Below are positions 1 to 13,962 of a DNA stretch of 64,000 nt, piece after piece; position 1 is the stretch's first letter, and the number at the start of each line of letters is the position of its first letter. The stretch is from contig OZ176060.1 of the NCBI GenBank assembly GCA_964247055.1, positions 124,001 through 188,000 on the forward strand. Reading direction: 5' to 3'. Below the pieces are notes generated by a model that saw only the letters and a program-made list of their open reading frames with translations, was not told where the DNA came from and did no database searches. The DNA comes from Paragordius varius (taxonomy: Eukaryota; Animalia; Nematomorpha). The position numbers were made by a program, and so were the translations under genes.

Positions 1-2138
1 AATGAAATTCTAAGGGTTAAACAGGCAAAAATTTTAGTTTTTAGGAAAACATCAAAAGTATAGACATAGGAGAGTTAAAAACCTAATCTTTCAAGTTTAG
101 GTTACGCATAATTTGTATATATTTTGCCATTTAATTTCGTATGATTTTCAAATAATACACATAAAATTTTTAAATTAATCAACTGATCTAAATTCGTATA
201 TTTATATCGTCAAATAATATTAAAAGGAGAGTAAATATTTCACATATACGGACAAAATGTAAAATATGAAGACAAATATAATTTTTCAAAAAATCATGCA
301 TTCTAAATCTTAATAAATTTAAATTTAACTCACATTATGTATATCTTGATAATGTTAAACATTTACACCTCGAACATTTTCGAGTTTATTTTAAAATAAC
401 TAGCCCATTTATGAAGAGCGATGAAATTTGGGATTCGGGGTCTATATCAAAAAATTAAAATATTTGAAATATCTGTTTGTCTATTTATAAGTAATTTATG
501 ATAAAATTTACTGATATTTACAAATGAACCGTTAAACCTTTATCAAAAAAAATATATTTAACATGGCGCAAATTTTGCCATACTCTGTTATAAACCGTTG
601 CAATTAAAGTGTAATTTGGTTAAATCAGTCGTGAGGATCAAAACCAAAAGCCCTATGATATTCCTAATACTTTTCCTATCGAATAATTTTTTTTATATAT
701 TTCAATTTTATAATTTAAGAAAGAAGCCTTTAGAAAGAGGATATAAATTAATTGTATTATCACGAGCTGATGAAAAATATAACGCGGAGTTTTTTTTAAA
801 GAAAATTTGACTTTATTTGGTCTTTCAAGTCGAATTCACGACAACAAGTAGCCTACGAGTAGTATTATATGTGTTATTAATTATCCAAATTTGTTAAAAT
901 TTTTTATATTTATAATAATAAAAATTGTAGTATTTTATATTTTTGTACTATGCAAATATTATAACCATTGTTTACTCGTATAATTTTGTATGTATTATCG
1001 CTAATCATATTTATTTGGTAAATTACCATCACAGAAATTTCGTTTAAAACCTATATACTAAGTGAATGATCATTTTCACATATATTTTATTATAGCGGAT
1101 AAATGTAAAAATTAACTGTATAAGTTGAATTGTTAAGTACATGCCATCTTTTTAATGTTTATATTTAATATATATCGTAATTAGTTCAAAGATAGTTTAT
1201 TAGGAATGTATAAAAAGTTATGTTACAATGTTGACTCACCAATAATAAAGTACATGACTGAAAAAATTGTTTTGATTTTCTTCTAAATATTTTTATTAAT
1301 TTTCAATTATGATTATATCTTGTTTAATGTTAAATTTATAATATTTTATTGTGAAATTAAGCTAGAATTCGCATTAAATAAAAGTCGAAAATAATTTTAA
1401 TTTATATCCATTCGATTATTTTGATATAAATTACCTTTTATATTATGCGGAATTCTCTCAATTATTCTACATTCTACCATTTTTAAAAAATATAAACATT
1501 TTTAGGAGGCACGAATATATAGAGTGCTGTGTTTTGTCCATATTTGGGTATCAATAGCAACATAAAGGGAATTCTTCCATGATTCAGTAAAAATTAAACT
1601 TATACGGCAAAAAACGTAAAATATAAAGAATTATTTAAAAGATATCCATTTTATAAACATTTTCGGCATAAAAATTGTATTGTTAGAATTAAGAAATATG
1701 TATTGATTGTGTTTAGCATAAACTTTTACTACTTTGAAATATTAACGAATGATATATAAAAAAAATAAAAATTTAAAGTACTGAAAATTTGACTATATTT
1801 TACGTTTTGTCTGTATATCAATTAAAACTGTATTAAGAAATAAAATAAATTAACTGCTTATAAAATTGAATAACTTTATAATTAATATAAAACAATTATA
1901 ATATTTTTTTTAAGATCTTTTCCTTCTTCAATCAATAACATTATTTATTTACTATTTAAAAGTATTCTTTTACAAAAGATATAATTTATTAAAATAAATA
2001 AAGATATTTAGAATATATGAAGAAAAGTGCTGCGCAACAATCAAGGGCGTGGGGAAGTTACAAGGGGAAAGAAAGAGAAATTATTATTATATATAAATAT
2101 ATAAAAAATAAAATAAAAAAAGAAATATATATATATGA

Positions 2139-3005
2139 TTACAATGATGCATTTGTTGGGTTGTTGTCTATGAGGGAATTTCGACCGCTCATAAACATGT
2201 GATACATATCCGAGGATAATTTGATAGTATTAGTGGCTATTGACTTCTTAAGTTGTGTAGGGTAACGAAAACTGATTTTGTCGAATCGAATGTAGTTTTT
2301 TGACTACCAGGAACCGAGGCTCCCTACGACAATTGGAATGACTTGGGGTTGCTGTATGTTTCCTGTAATTGTTGAGCCAAACAGCTATACTTCATTATTT
2401 TATTATTGAATGCCGTTTCGAAGGATTCTAGCCTGTTTTCAAACGGCACTGTGGGATCAATGATATAGCAATCAGTGCCATTTGTTCCAATGAGGTCAGG
2501 GGGCGTAGTCTCGACGAATCGATGGCTTGGTTTTCATTAAAGATCGTGTAATTCGACGGGAGGTAATCTTTAATCAGTTCTCTACTATGACATTGGGTCT
2601 TTTGGTTATTATATATATTATCATCTTTGAAGCAATGGTTTAAAACGTGTGCTTGGGTTTCTTTAGACTTGCCGCAGCGAAGGCACATTTGTTCAGAGAC
2701 GTCCTGAGTCGCATTTTCGTTGGTAGGAGATTGAGTCGCGCTCAATGGATGAAGTTCCAGTCTCTGAAGCGAAGATCCTTATTATTGTAAAGAAAATGGT
2801 GACTGACCTTATCATCAGCAACGCACTCCATCACCCGACCCTGCAAAGCAAAATGATGTAGCTCAGTATCCTTTAACTTTCGTTTATAAAATCGAAGGTT
2901 AGAAACAACAGCTGAGCCATTGTCTTGGAAGATTTTAGAGAACTCTGAAATTATTGTGAGCTGAAAAGATACTTCAAAAGACCAGAAATCATCAATCACC
3001 CCTTG
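2139..3005 (-). mobile_element. 3' fragment of an RLE-type (NeSL/Utopia/R2-group) non-LTR retrotransposon, pseudogenised
   Basis: Minus-strand translation across stops and frameshifts gives QGRVMECVADDKVSHHF..RFRDWNFIH*ARLNLLP, the CCHC knuckle CLRCGKSKETQAHVLNHC, ENQAIDSSRLRP, and IIDPTVPFENR..K..KY..LA..VIPIVVGSLGSW. These are the C-terminal zinc knuckle and restriction-like endonuclease motifs. GC is higher than in the flanks. Confidence 0.85.
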
Positions 3006-4390
3006 ATAATTAGTTTATTAGGTGAACATAACCTATAAATTAGATAATATAAAGCAAATTAATTATTTTTCCAATATAAGCATAAATGATATTAACAATA
3101 TGTTTAGCTAATAAATTATCAAAAAAATAGCCAAAAAATACATTCCATGATAATCATTGGCTTATTTATTAAATAAATATTTAATTATTATTAGCTTCGT
3201 ATAAAAGCAAAAGCCTTCATAATTCGTTGGAAAAAATGAAATGATTTAAAATTAAATAATAATTTTGTTGATTTTTTAAGCAAAAATGCAATTGAGGGAA
3301 AAAACAAGTGTATAAAAAGCAAACGTTAGAACCCAATTATATAAAACAATTTATAACATATTAAAATATAAATAATCTCTATTTTTATTTAAAATATATT
3401 TTGCGTTAAACAATAAATACCATATCTAGTTAATAATTAATATTTGCATAAAATAAGCCATCTATTTACAGTAAATTATACGGAAGAAACGTTGAAACTA
3501 GGGTTAATTATTTTTTCAAAATATTATCATATTTTTATTACGAGTTTTTTTATAAACTATTTTATTACAATTTAAAATTAATAATTGGTGTCCTATATAC
3601 ATCTCTTTTTCATATATTGCAATTTAAAAAATATTAGTTTAATATTTTTGTGTCCGTATAATTACAATTATTACTATATTATATAAATTACACAATTTTA
3701 ATGAATCTTAAAATTGGATATCCACAAAATTAATCATAAAGAGATTTAAATTTTAAGACAATAAAAATATTTTATATACGAGTTTAATAGGTCCAATATA
3801 TGTTAATAAAAAAGTTTTTTAAATATTAAAATTTTACTGACTAAACGTACATTTAAAGACAACATATAAAAAATATCCTATTTTTAAAATCTATCCTGCT
3901 TTCTAATTGCAAATATATGATAGATTAAATACCAAATCACATCTATATATCATATTTTGCCATTTAAAACATTGAGAATTGAAATAATCATTTTTGTAAA
4001 AGTACAGCGGTCTTTTGGAAAACTATTTTTTTACGTTTTGCCCGTATAAATTAAATTTTATATGAATAGTATTGTAGGATAAATTATATCTGGATATATG
4101 TCATTTTTAGTTTATATTTCTTGTTTAGTTCAATAATTGGTAAATTTATTCTACTTTTTTATTGTTGGTCATTTTTTTACACAATTTGTATTGTAATGCG
4201 TATGTTTATCCTTATAAAAAAACAACCTTTTTCGCCAAATTTAAATTATTTTTTATCTTACAATTTTTATGTAAATATTTTATAGTTTTAGTTTCTTAGT
4301 GCTTTACGGTTTTTAAAAGTCGAGTTAAACCAAATCGACTGAAAGGTTTAAGCTGATAGTTACAATAAAAAAGCGTGGCATGCCGATTAA

Positions 4391-4976
4391 TAGATCTTTC
4401 GCTGAAAAAACCACAAAAAATTAAAAAAAGATATTACTTCGGTATGTCCAAATATTGATTCCAATGATATAAGCATGAATGATATTAAAAATTTATTTAA
4501 TGATAACGTTAATAATGGAAAACCTATTGAATCTTCAAATTCTTCAAAATTGGGTAATAATTTTCGATGTATTCAATGTGATAAGATTTATAAGGATAAA
4601 TGCGGCTTGTCCAATCATATTCATTCGGTTCATAAACAAATTAAATATTTGTGCAAAATTTGTTCAAAAAAGTTTTCTAACAAAGGCAATCTTGGAAGGC
4701 ACATATATTCAGTTCATGAAAAAATTAAATATGAATGTCCGATTTGTAAAAATGACTTTACTGGAAAAGCAGATGTTGCAATACATATTCAATCTGTTCA
4801 CGAAAAAATTACATATAACTGTAAGATTTGTAAAAATGAATTTACTCAAAAATATCAATCTTGCAACACATATCCATGCTGTTCATGAGAAAATTAAACA
4901 TAAATGTCCGATTTGCAAAAAAGAATATACCGGAAAAGGCAATCTAACCAAGCATATAAAAAATGTATATAGTTGA
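4391..4976 (+). pseudogene. C2H2 zinc-finger gene, copy 1 (5'-truncated, 5 fingers, frameshifted)
   Basis: Five C-x2-C-x12-H-x4-H fingers spread over ORFs 4475-4888 and 4479-4976, with a +1 frameshift near 4849. The copy starts abruptly at DLSLKK, so the N-terminal region of the paralogs is missing. There is an extra A in the run at ~4423-4429. Confidence 0.85.
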
Positions 4977-7900
4977 ACACTTAATTCAACATATATAATA
5001 TTTAAAATGTTGCATTAAAAATATTGTTTAAAACCATTACGCAAATATGAGATTAATATTGTTTTATGAATACGTTTGCAAAATGCATTTTTAATAAAAT
5101 ATTTGGCATACTTTGACCGGACTGTTATCAAGTTTTTTTTGTAAATAAAAAATAAATTACAGTAAAAATCGATATTACACGGACAAGCAAAAGTATAACG
5201 AAAATATTTAACCATGATCACGATCGAAAAATAGAGTTTAATTAGAAACACAATAAATTATATATTTTACAAATAAAATTTATATTTTATAGGACAAATG
5301 TATTTTAATATTATGGTTGGTTTAAAAAAATTTCTCTTTTTATTTTTAAGATTTGTTCTTATAATTTTAAATATTACTGAAGATTACTCACTTGGCCAAT
5401 TAGCTATACAGTAGCTTATGATATAAAACAACTTTTGTCCATGAATTGATCAACAACTAATGTTGTAATTATGGGAAATTGTTTATTTTAAACCGTTTGT
5501 TGTTTCTGACACTAAAGTGAACAACATTAAAGTGGGTACTGTATATACCCTGAATTTTGTTTGAAAACAAATATATAGGGTTTAGGCGTGTCACGCTTTT
5601 TTCAAAGTAATTGTCAGCTTAAGTTTCAGCCGATTACTTATTAAACACATTTAAAGGCCGAGAACAAATAAACTAAAACTAATAGATATTTGGATAGAAA
5701 TAAATAAAATTAATAAAATAATTATTTATAATAAAATTTTTGGCGATATATGTGTATTTTATTTCTAAAAAGAATAGCATCAAAATAAAAATTAACAAAA
5801 AAAATAGATTTAACAACATATTATTAGGGTGCTTATTTGTAAATAAATTTAGAAATTAAAAATTAAAAATAAAATGCCCAGATATAATCCAGCCTACAAT
5901 GATATCCCATATAAAATTATATATATAAGGATAAACATATAGTATAAATAAAAATTTTTTTTCAAAACGTTGTACTTTCTTAAACATTTTAATATAACTC
6001 TTTATTTTAAATTTCAAAGTTTGAAATAGAAATGTAAATCGTAACGCAATGAAAAATTTTGAAAAAATATGGTTATCTTTGTAAAAAACTTTCTACCTTT
6101 TGTCCGTATTTTTAATTTTTATTTTATAAATAATATATTCTCTACGATCAAAATGCATAATTCGCTTTTGACAGCTGCTAAATGTTTATAAACGAAAGAT
6201 TTTAATTAAATATATATTTTCCATCCATGTTAAATTAATTTATCCGATTTCATAAATAGATGGCAAATATAGTGAATAAAAAAATTTTTATGGTATTATA
6301 TCAATATTAAGACTTTAATTGATAATTTTTAATATGCTTAATTATTGTATTAGTATCGCTCTTGAATTATTGTTAAAAAAATGTCATAAAACATTAATTT
6401 AATAAAATTTTAGGTAAATTTCCTTTTATCATCGTTTGTGAAGTCCTCATACTTCAACAAATTATTTCTAATTTTTGGCTAAAATTACACTTAATATAAA
6501 AAGAACACTTTTAATAGTAAGTAAATAATGTTATTGATTGAAAAAGGAAAATAGATTAAATATATTGTAATTGGTTAATATTAATCATTTAAATTTTTAA
6601 AATGTCCTCACCCGTACAAGATATGTTTTATAGAAAAAATATAAATGAAATTAGGGCATTATTTGTTGTAGTTTTTGTTTTAAACATGTTTAGATATTTT
6701 AAATTGGCGCATATTAGTGTTATGATTATTTATATTTAAAATAAACCAATCAATACAATGGTCCTTTGTTTTGTATTCTATTACATTTTAAAATTTATCT
6801 AAAGGTTTAATTTATTTTATAAGTTTTATAATAATAACAAGGAGAAAATTACCTTTCTGTTCCTGATGCCCAAATATAGGTTGAAACCTTACAGTCTATT
6901 CAAAAAAAATTCTATTTTCGTCTTTTTAAATATTTTAATATGATAAAATATGTTCGTTTAAAAGATTGTGCAATAGCATAAATATCTATACCATATACTC
7001 AAAATATTATTAATTTAAAAATAAAAATGTTAATTATTTATTTATGTTTAAATATTTATTGAAAGAAATAACATTAATTTGTTATAATTAGTTTCTAAAA
7101 AACCAAAATATTTTTCATACATATAAACTTTTATTAGGTCAATTATTAATCTAACATAATATATCTACATTTCAAGAGAGTTTTGCCTTAATAATTTAAA
7201 AATAGATTATACATAATAAAACATAAAGAAAATTGGCATATTCTTAACACCGTTTCATATTTTGTAAAAGAAATTACTACTAAAAAGATCATCATAAAAC
7301 CATAAAAACGAATACATCTTTTTAGGTAAAAATTTATATATATTTATTTGATGTAATAAAATTATTAATTTAAAAAGTAATAACCGTTGACCTTGCACTG
7401 AACTAATTCTCAACTTCAGCTATAATAAAATCAAATTTTTAACCAAATTTAAATTAGCTAATTTTATAATTTAGGATACGTAAAATACAAATGTGCATTT
7501 TAGGGTGGAATATATTGTGATTTTTATGTAAAACGCGTTATCTTTCACTTTAGCAAGTGAATAGTCAAATTATTTAATAATGTGTGCGTATATAATTAAA
7601 AATATAATAGAAATCGCTGAAAGTTAAAACAATTATATTATTCTTTATATAATTTTTTTCGTTAATCTATAACATTATTTACCTTGTTTTTAAACAGTTT
7701 TAATATAATTTCAAGAAAAATCATTTAATGAAAAATTTTACTAATGAAGATTAAAGAAAGTTTACTTATTAAATTATAGCTGTATATAACATATCTATTA
7801 AAATTATTCAAAAGCCAATTTAAATGTAAAAAAAATAACAATTAAATATTAACTTTTTAAATTAAATATTTATTTCAATATATTTGCCGTGTATTTATAA

Positions 7901-8039
7901 AATCGTATAAATCCATTTAACAATTGAAAAACTTTCTAAATTATTAATATTTTTTAAAAGAAATATCAAGTGTTTCCACAATTGTTCATATGACATCCGG
8001 ATACATTTTCAACCGAAATTCCAAATGTTAACGATCTCT

Positions 8040-8520
8040 GATTAGTTTTCTTTAGACATTCAAATCTACGCTTTAAGAAAATGGTAGAGTATTTAAGTTT
8101 ATTCAACATATTATCAAATGGAGATAAAATATGGAAATGTATTGTTTATGTATTAAGAGATTTCTCCATTATCATCGACATTTTTAAAAGCAACATTTCG
8201 GATTACGTCAATAAAAATAATGCTTTAAATGACTGTTATTTAATTGTATTTGAAATATTATTAACATATTACATCAAAAAACAAGAATAAAAAGCAATAG
8301 TAGATCTTTTAGTTGTGGATATAAATAATCTTTCGTCAGTTAAATAGTTATAGCTGTAGTAAAATTGTCTTGATCTTTATGAAACAGCACGACTTAACCA
8401 TTTTGCATCTGTATTAACTCTAATTTTAAAACTTCGGCGCAACACTCTTTTCTTGATGACTATCTTAAACCATTTATTACTTTGATCATTTAAAATCCGT
8501 CGCAAGGTGTACAGTTAATT
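8040..8520 (-). pseudogene. Possible highly decayed Tc1/mariner-type transposase remnant
   Basis: One minus frame reads LYTLRRILNDQSNKWFKIVIKKRVL...*...NYLTDERLF, resembling the TIRRIL ... FSDEKLF region. A downstream frame has LPFS*SVDLNV, resembling SPDLN. Spacing is too short and stops are present. Confidence 0.3.
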
Positions 8521-8581
8521 ATCCATTGTAAATTTCATATAAATAATGTTAATTTAGTATTTGTACACTGATGTTGGAAAC

Positions 8582-8803
8582 CAGAGGTCTTCTGAACATT
8601 ATATATTTTGATAAAATTGATATTTTATATATAATTTACCCAAAAATAATTATTTTTTGTATTATTTATTTTAAAATGCACAGTGTTAGTCACCCCCAAC
8701 CTTAAATAGAAATTTATAAATTTTGTAATAAATCTTATACGTACCCGAGTCGAATTTTCTCCCAAAAAAGTAGCCCGATGGAAAAATAGGTTGGCCACCT
8801 CTG
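8582..8803. mobile_element. hAT-like MITE remnant
   Basis: Begins CAGAGGT and ends GTTGGCCACCTCTG (rc CAGAGGTGGCCAAC, a hAT/Charlie-like terminus). The 8-bp flanks do not match. Confidence 0.4.
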
Positions 8804-11121
8804 ATCTAAAGGATCGGTTTGTTCTCCTACTAACGATATGGATTTTGGTCTGAAAATAAAATTTATGTATTTTAACAAATATTATTTCTATTAAGGTGAA
8901 ATAATGAAAAATTACCACTTCTTTGAAGGTATATATTTATAATTATCAATTATATAAAATAACACCCTCTCTTATAATGGTATTAAGATCACCTAGATAA
9001 TTTGAATATAATTAAATGTATTTTTACAATCACCAAAATTTTAATTAAAAACCCACAACCCACCTAGAATATTAGGGGTCTATCGCCCTCCGTAAGTTAT
9101 AGGAACTCAATAAAGGCTTATTCTCCATTTTTGCTTCTTGAAATAGAATATTTAAATGTGCATCATACATAGGTATACAATTATTACTTTCGCATTTGTA
9201 AAAAAATATAATTATACGGACGAAACGTCAAAAAATTAAAGACAGAATTTTTTTTTAAAGACAAACATACTTTAAAATTTAATTGTTTCGAATACTCTTT
9301 ATCATTTTGGTATAGGGAAGTTGTAAATGGTTAAAATATTATGTATATTATAACTATACAATTTATTGGGGAAAAAACAATGTTTGAAAGAATATGGTTA
9401 TCTTTTATAAAAAATATGGTTGTTTTATGTTTTTACGTTGTCAGTATATTTTCATTTTTTACTTTATGTAAAAACTATTTATATTGAATATTATTGTAAA
9501 TGTTAATACATGTACTAAATCTAAATTATTTAAATCTATAGTTTTTTCCTTAAAACTATAAGTCTAATTTTGATGTTTAATAAATATATTTTAACTTAAA
9601 TCACTTAAAGTTAATTTACAAAATTAGGCTCTGCAATATAAGCAAGTAAATTAGGGGTAACGAAATATTAATAATATCCTGCCTTTATAAAATAGTAATT
9701 AATCTTTAACTTTTTTTCCTTTTTTTAGAAATATTCTTTTTTCAGCAATCTCTAATTTTGTTATTATATTACATCTCTATTCCTGATTTAACAACCCAAA
9801 ACAATAGTTATAATAATTTGGCCATTTTATTTATTATATTAATAAATAGAAATCGACTAAAAAAATAATGTTATCACTAAAATACATATTATATAAATTT
9901 TAGATAATATTAAAATTTGTTTTTCTAGTTTATATTTTAAATAATTTTTCATTAAAATATTTTTAAATTTAAATATATAATAAATATTTTATTATATTAT
10001 TTTTAATTTAGCTAATTTTTTATAATATAAATTTTTTATCATATTCTTTAATTATATTAAAACAATTTTCTGTTAATATAATATTCAAAAAATAATCAAA
10101 ATATATTTTTTTAATTTTATGATAAAAATGAGCATAATCAGAGACGGACAAAATGAAAAATATAAAAACAACTATTCTAAAAAACAATAATAATTTTTAA
10201 ATTATTTTGCTATATAAGCATATTTATATTAATAATATGTATCTCTATTTCACTTTGGCATATAAAACAATAAGTTATATTAAAGAACAAATATTAAGTT
10301 ATCCGCACATCAGTATAGCCTAATACGACTCCCCGCCCAATTTAACGAAATATATATAAGTAAAATTGTATATATCTTAGTCTTATTATTATCTACAACT
10401 TTAATGAAACATTATAATATATTTTGTAATATATTTGCATATATATATATATATAAACGTAATATATATTTTAAAATAAATTGAAAATATTAATGTTGGT
10501 ACAGACGGAATCGCCAGGAAATTAATAAGCCAGTGTTTATGAACGAAACGCTTCGGCGGCTTGATTCTAGCCTTCAAAAGTGTCTTTGATAATAAATTTA
10601 CTTAAACCTTGTCAAGCTATTTAATTGTTTAGTACCCATTTAACTGCTGTCGCAAAAAAATATGGGATTTTCGATCTCACATCTAATTGATTTTTAATGT
10701 TTTGCTTTTGATTGTAGTTTATGGCATATTTAGTAATTTTTTTCGGAATGAAGCATTTACTTTTACCAAAAAAATTTATCACAAAAATTGGCAAACTTTG
10801 ACATTTTCTCACAAAAGTGTTAATAAGTTTTTTATATCACTCATAAGGGCTTCAACCAAAAGCACCATGATAATTTTGATACAATTTTCTAAGAAATATT
10901 ACATTAGGATATTTGCAAAGCGTATACATATTGACAATATTTTTGAATTAGCAATTAGCTGTTACTAAAACATTCATATTTAAGTAGTGGGGAAATTTTG
11001 TCATTTTCTGATATGAAACGTTAACACAAAACTGTGAATAACACTCTTAAATCACTCGGGAACAAAATTTTAAAAAGCAATAATCTTGATACATTCTCCT
11101 GTAAATATATATATATATATA

Positions 11122-11959
11122 TACCATTTGCACTTCAAGAGTGTCCTTGAACACTTCAAGTTGGTCCTTGAACAATTCAAGTTGGTCCTTGAACAGTTAA
11201 AGTTGGTCCTTAAACAGTTCAAGTTGGTCCTTGAACAATTCAAGTTGGTCCTTGATTCAAGTTGGTCCTTGAACAATTCAAGTTGGTTCTTGATTCAAGT
11301 TGGTCCTTGAACATTTCAAGTTGCTCCTTGAACAATTCAAGTTGGTCCTTAAAATTTATATTTTGATTTGACCATAATTTTTGCATATATTTTTTAATTT
11401 TATTATTTATTAACCTAATTTTCTTTATTTATTATATATTTATTCATTTAAAAATAAAATTTCTTATTGAAAAACCACTTTTTTGTTTCAAACTATTTTT
11501 TCTCAATTAAACAAAATTATTGACTTTTGAATGTTTTTAATGAAAAATTTTAATTAATAACCCAGAAAACTTATATATTTTTTCATTTCATTTTAAAAAC
11601 TTTTAAATATCCAAAATTATTTTAAGAAATTAATAAAGATATACGGTTTCTCAAATATTAAAAGTTGATATGGATTTTAAATTAATGTTAAATAATAGAA
11701 AATAGGTTAAAAACAATAAAATAGATTAATTATTTACGATTTGATTGATAATAGTTAAAAACAAGTGGACCAACTTGAAGTGTTCAAGGACCAATTTGAA
11801 ATGTTAAAAGACCAACTTGAACTGTTCAAGGACCAACTTGAACTGTTCAAGGACCAACTTGAACTGTCTAAGGACCAACTTTAACTGTTCAAGGACCAAC
11901 TTGAATTGTTCAAGGACCAACTTGAAGTGTTCAAGGACACTCTTGAAGTGCGAATTGTA
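11122..11959. mobile_element. Foldback-like MITE with TIRs built of 21-bp tandem repeats (TACC family, subfamily A, copy 1)
   Basis: The left end is TACCATTTGCACTTCAAG followed by ~11 units of TTCAAGTTGGTCCTTGAACAA. The right end has ~8 inverted units and ends CTTGAAGTGCGAATTGTA. It is TA-flanked and inserted in a (TA)n tract. Confidence 0.85.
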
Positions 11960-11993
11960 TACATATAATATATATATCAGGTTATTTTTTATA

Positions 11994-12695
11994 TACCATT
12001 TGCACGTTGGTCCTTGAACATTTCAAGTTGGTTCTTGAACATTTCAAGTTGGTCCTTGAACAGTTAAAGTTGGTCCTTAAACAGTTCAAGTTGATCCTTG
12101 AATAGTTCAAGTTGGTCCTTGAACAATTCAAGTTGGTTCTTGATTCAAGTTGGTCCTTGAACATTTCAAGTTGCTCCTTGAACAATTCAAGTTGGTCCTT
12201 AAAATTTATATTTTGATTCGACCATAATTTTTGCATATATTTTTTAATTTTATTATTTATTAACCTAATTTTCTTTATTTATTATATATTTATTCATTTA
12301 AAAATAAAATTTTTTATTGAAAAACCACTTTTTTGTTTCAAACTATTTTTTCTCAATTAAACAAAATTATTGACTTTTGAATGTTTTTAATGAAAAATTT
12401 AAATTAATAACCCAGAAAACTTATATATTTTTTCATTTCATTTTAAAAACTTTTAAATATCCAAAATTATTTTGAAAAATTAATAAAGATATACGGTTTC
12501 TCAAATATTAAAAGTTGATATGGATTTAAAATTTGTGTTAAATAATAGAAAATGGGTTAAAAACAATAAAATAGATGAATTTATTACGATTTGATTGATA
12601 AAAGTTAAAAACAAAAAAAAAAGTCAAAGGACCAACTTGAATTGTTCAAGGACCAACTTGAAGTGTTCAATGACACTCTCGAAGTACAAATGGTA
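11994..12695. mobile_element. Foldback-like MITE, TACC family subfamily A, copy 2
   Basis: Termini are TACCATTTG...CAAATGGTA. The AT-rich body 12200-12610 is nearly identical to 11350-11765. A TA duplication follows from the empty paralogous sites (rc of 26750-26770 and 52650-52672: TTTTTTATACTTCCCG). Confidence 0.88.
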
Positions 12696-13962
12696 TACTT
12701 CCCGATTTCGGACGCAGTGTAATACAAATATTATAAACCATAAGACCTTTATCATAGTTTTAAATAAACTTTAACCTAATTCATTAATATTTATGGTTTT
12801 AAAGCAAAAAATTTAATTTAAGGTAAATGTCCATAAAGAATGTATATGTAGGTAACATAAGTACCCATATATATTTAATAAATTACACCATATCAAAAAT
12901 TAAATTATCTGTATTTTTCTATCAAATAAGTTTGGCTTTACAATAAATGTAATATTCAGTTTCTTATACATAATATTTTTAGTAGTTTGATTAACACTAA
13001 ACAAGTCATCTATTTATAAAAATTAAAAAATTTAGAAAAAACTTAATATAACGACAAACATTTTTTATTTTCAAAGACAACCATTCTTAAACCTTATTTT
13101 TGCCTATATAGGTTTGTTATTGCAAGTGTATAATACAAAATTGATGTGTAATTAATATACATCTCTTTTAACTTTGTAGTTTATATCAATTAGGTATTTC
13201 CAAATATATTAAGTTTATAAAAGTACAGTTTTGAAAAAAAACATTTGTCCTTATATATTTGTATTTTATCCTAATAATTAAAAATTTAACTGTATTTCAA
13301 ATATTTGTTTATCCAAGGAGTGTAGCTATCTATATCCGCCCAACTATATATATTTGTGCTCCAACAATATTATATTAAATAGCGCTTATATTTATGATTA
13401 AGGTTATATGTAAAATCATTTAAAAAATTATAAATAATAAAATTATTATTTTCTTATTTACGTAAGAATTATTGAAATAATTCTGTATATGCGTAAAAAT
13501 GATAGATTGTTTGACATCAATACATGTTATGAACAAATATTTATAATTTTACTAACAAATTTTTATAAATCTATATTAAACGAATACAAATCTAAAAGGA
13601 ATAGAATGTCATTAATTTATATCTTATCCCTTTAATTTCCATTAAATAAATTATATAAAAATCAAGGTTTTAATTTGGCCTTCTTAATAAAACAGTTAAT
13701 AATTTTTAACTTCTACCTCTCTTTATAATTTATATTCATATTATTAACGAGGCCATAACTAAACAAGAATGCCGTAAACTAAAGCACTAATTTGGTAAGA
13801 AATTTTGATGAAACAAAAGGGTAACCAAGATATGGGAATAAAACATATATTTCCATAAAACATATACCAGAAGTGTTCCAAAATAAATACTATTACACGC
13901 TCATAAAATAAAATTAAAATTGGTTATAAAACAGAAATGTCATAAACTAATGGGCAAAAATA

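Noticed and set aside
1900-3100. U2 snRNA or spliced-leader target next to the RLE retrotransposon
   Set aside because: No recognisable U2 5' sequence or SL-like sequence was found on either strand by eye.
11070-12236. ORFs with heptad repeats (LEQFKLV / NCSRTNL) suggesting a coiled-coil protein
   Set aside because: They are translations of the 21-bp terminal repeats of the TACC elements. They occur on both strands and stop where the arrays stop.
11130-12680. Possible CRISPR array
   Set aside because: The units are directly adjacent with no unique spacers, lie in inverted orientation at element ends, and there are no cas genes. The context is eukaryotic.
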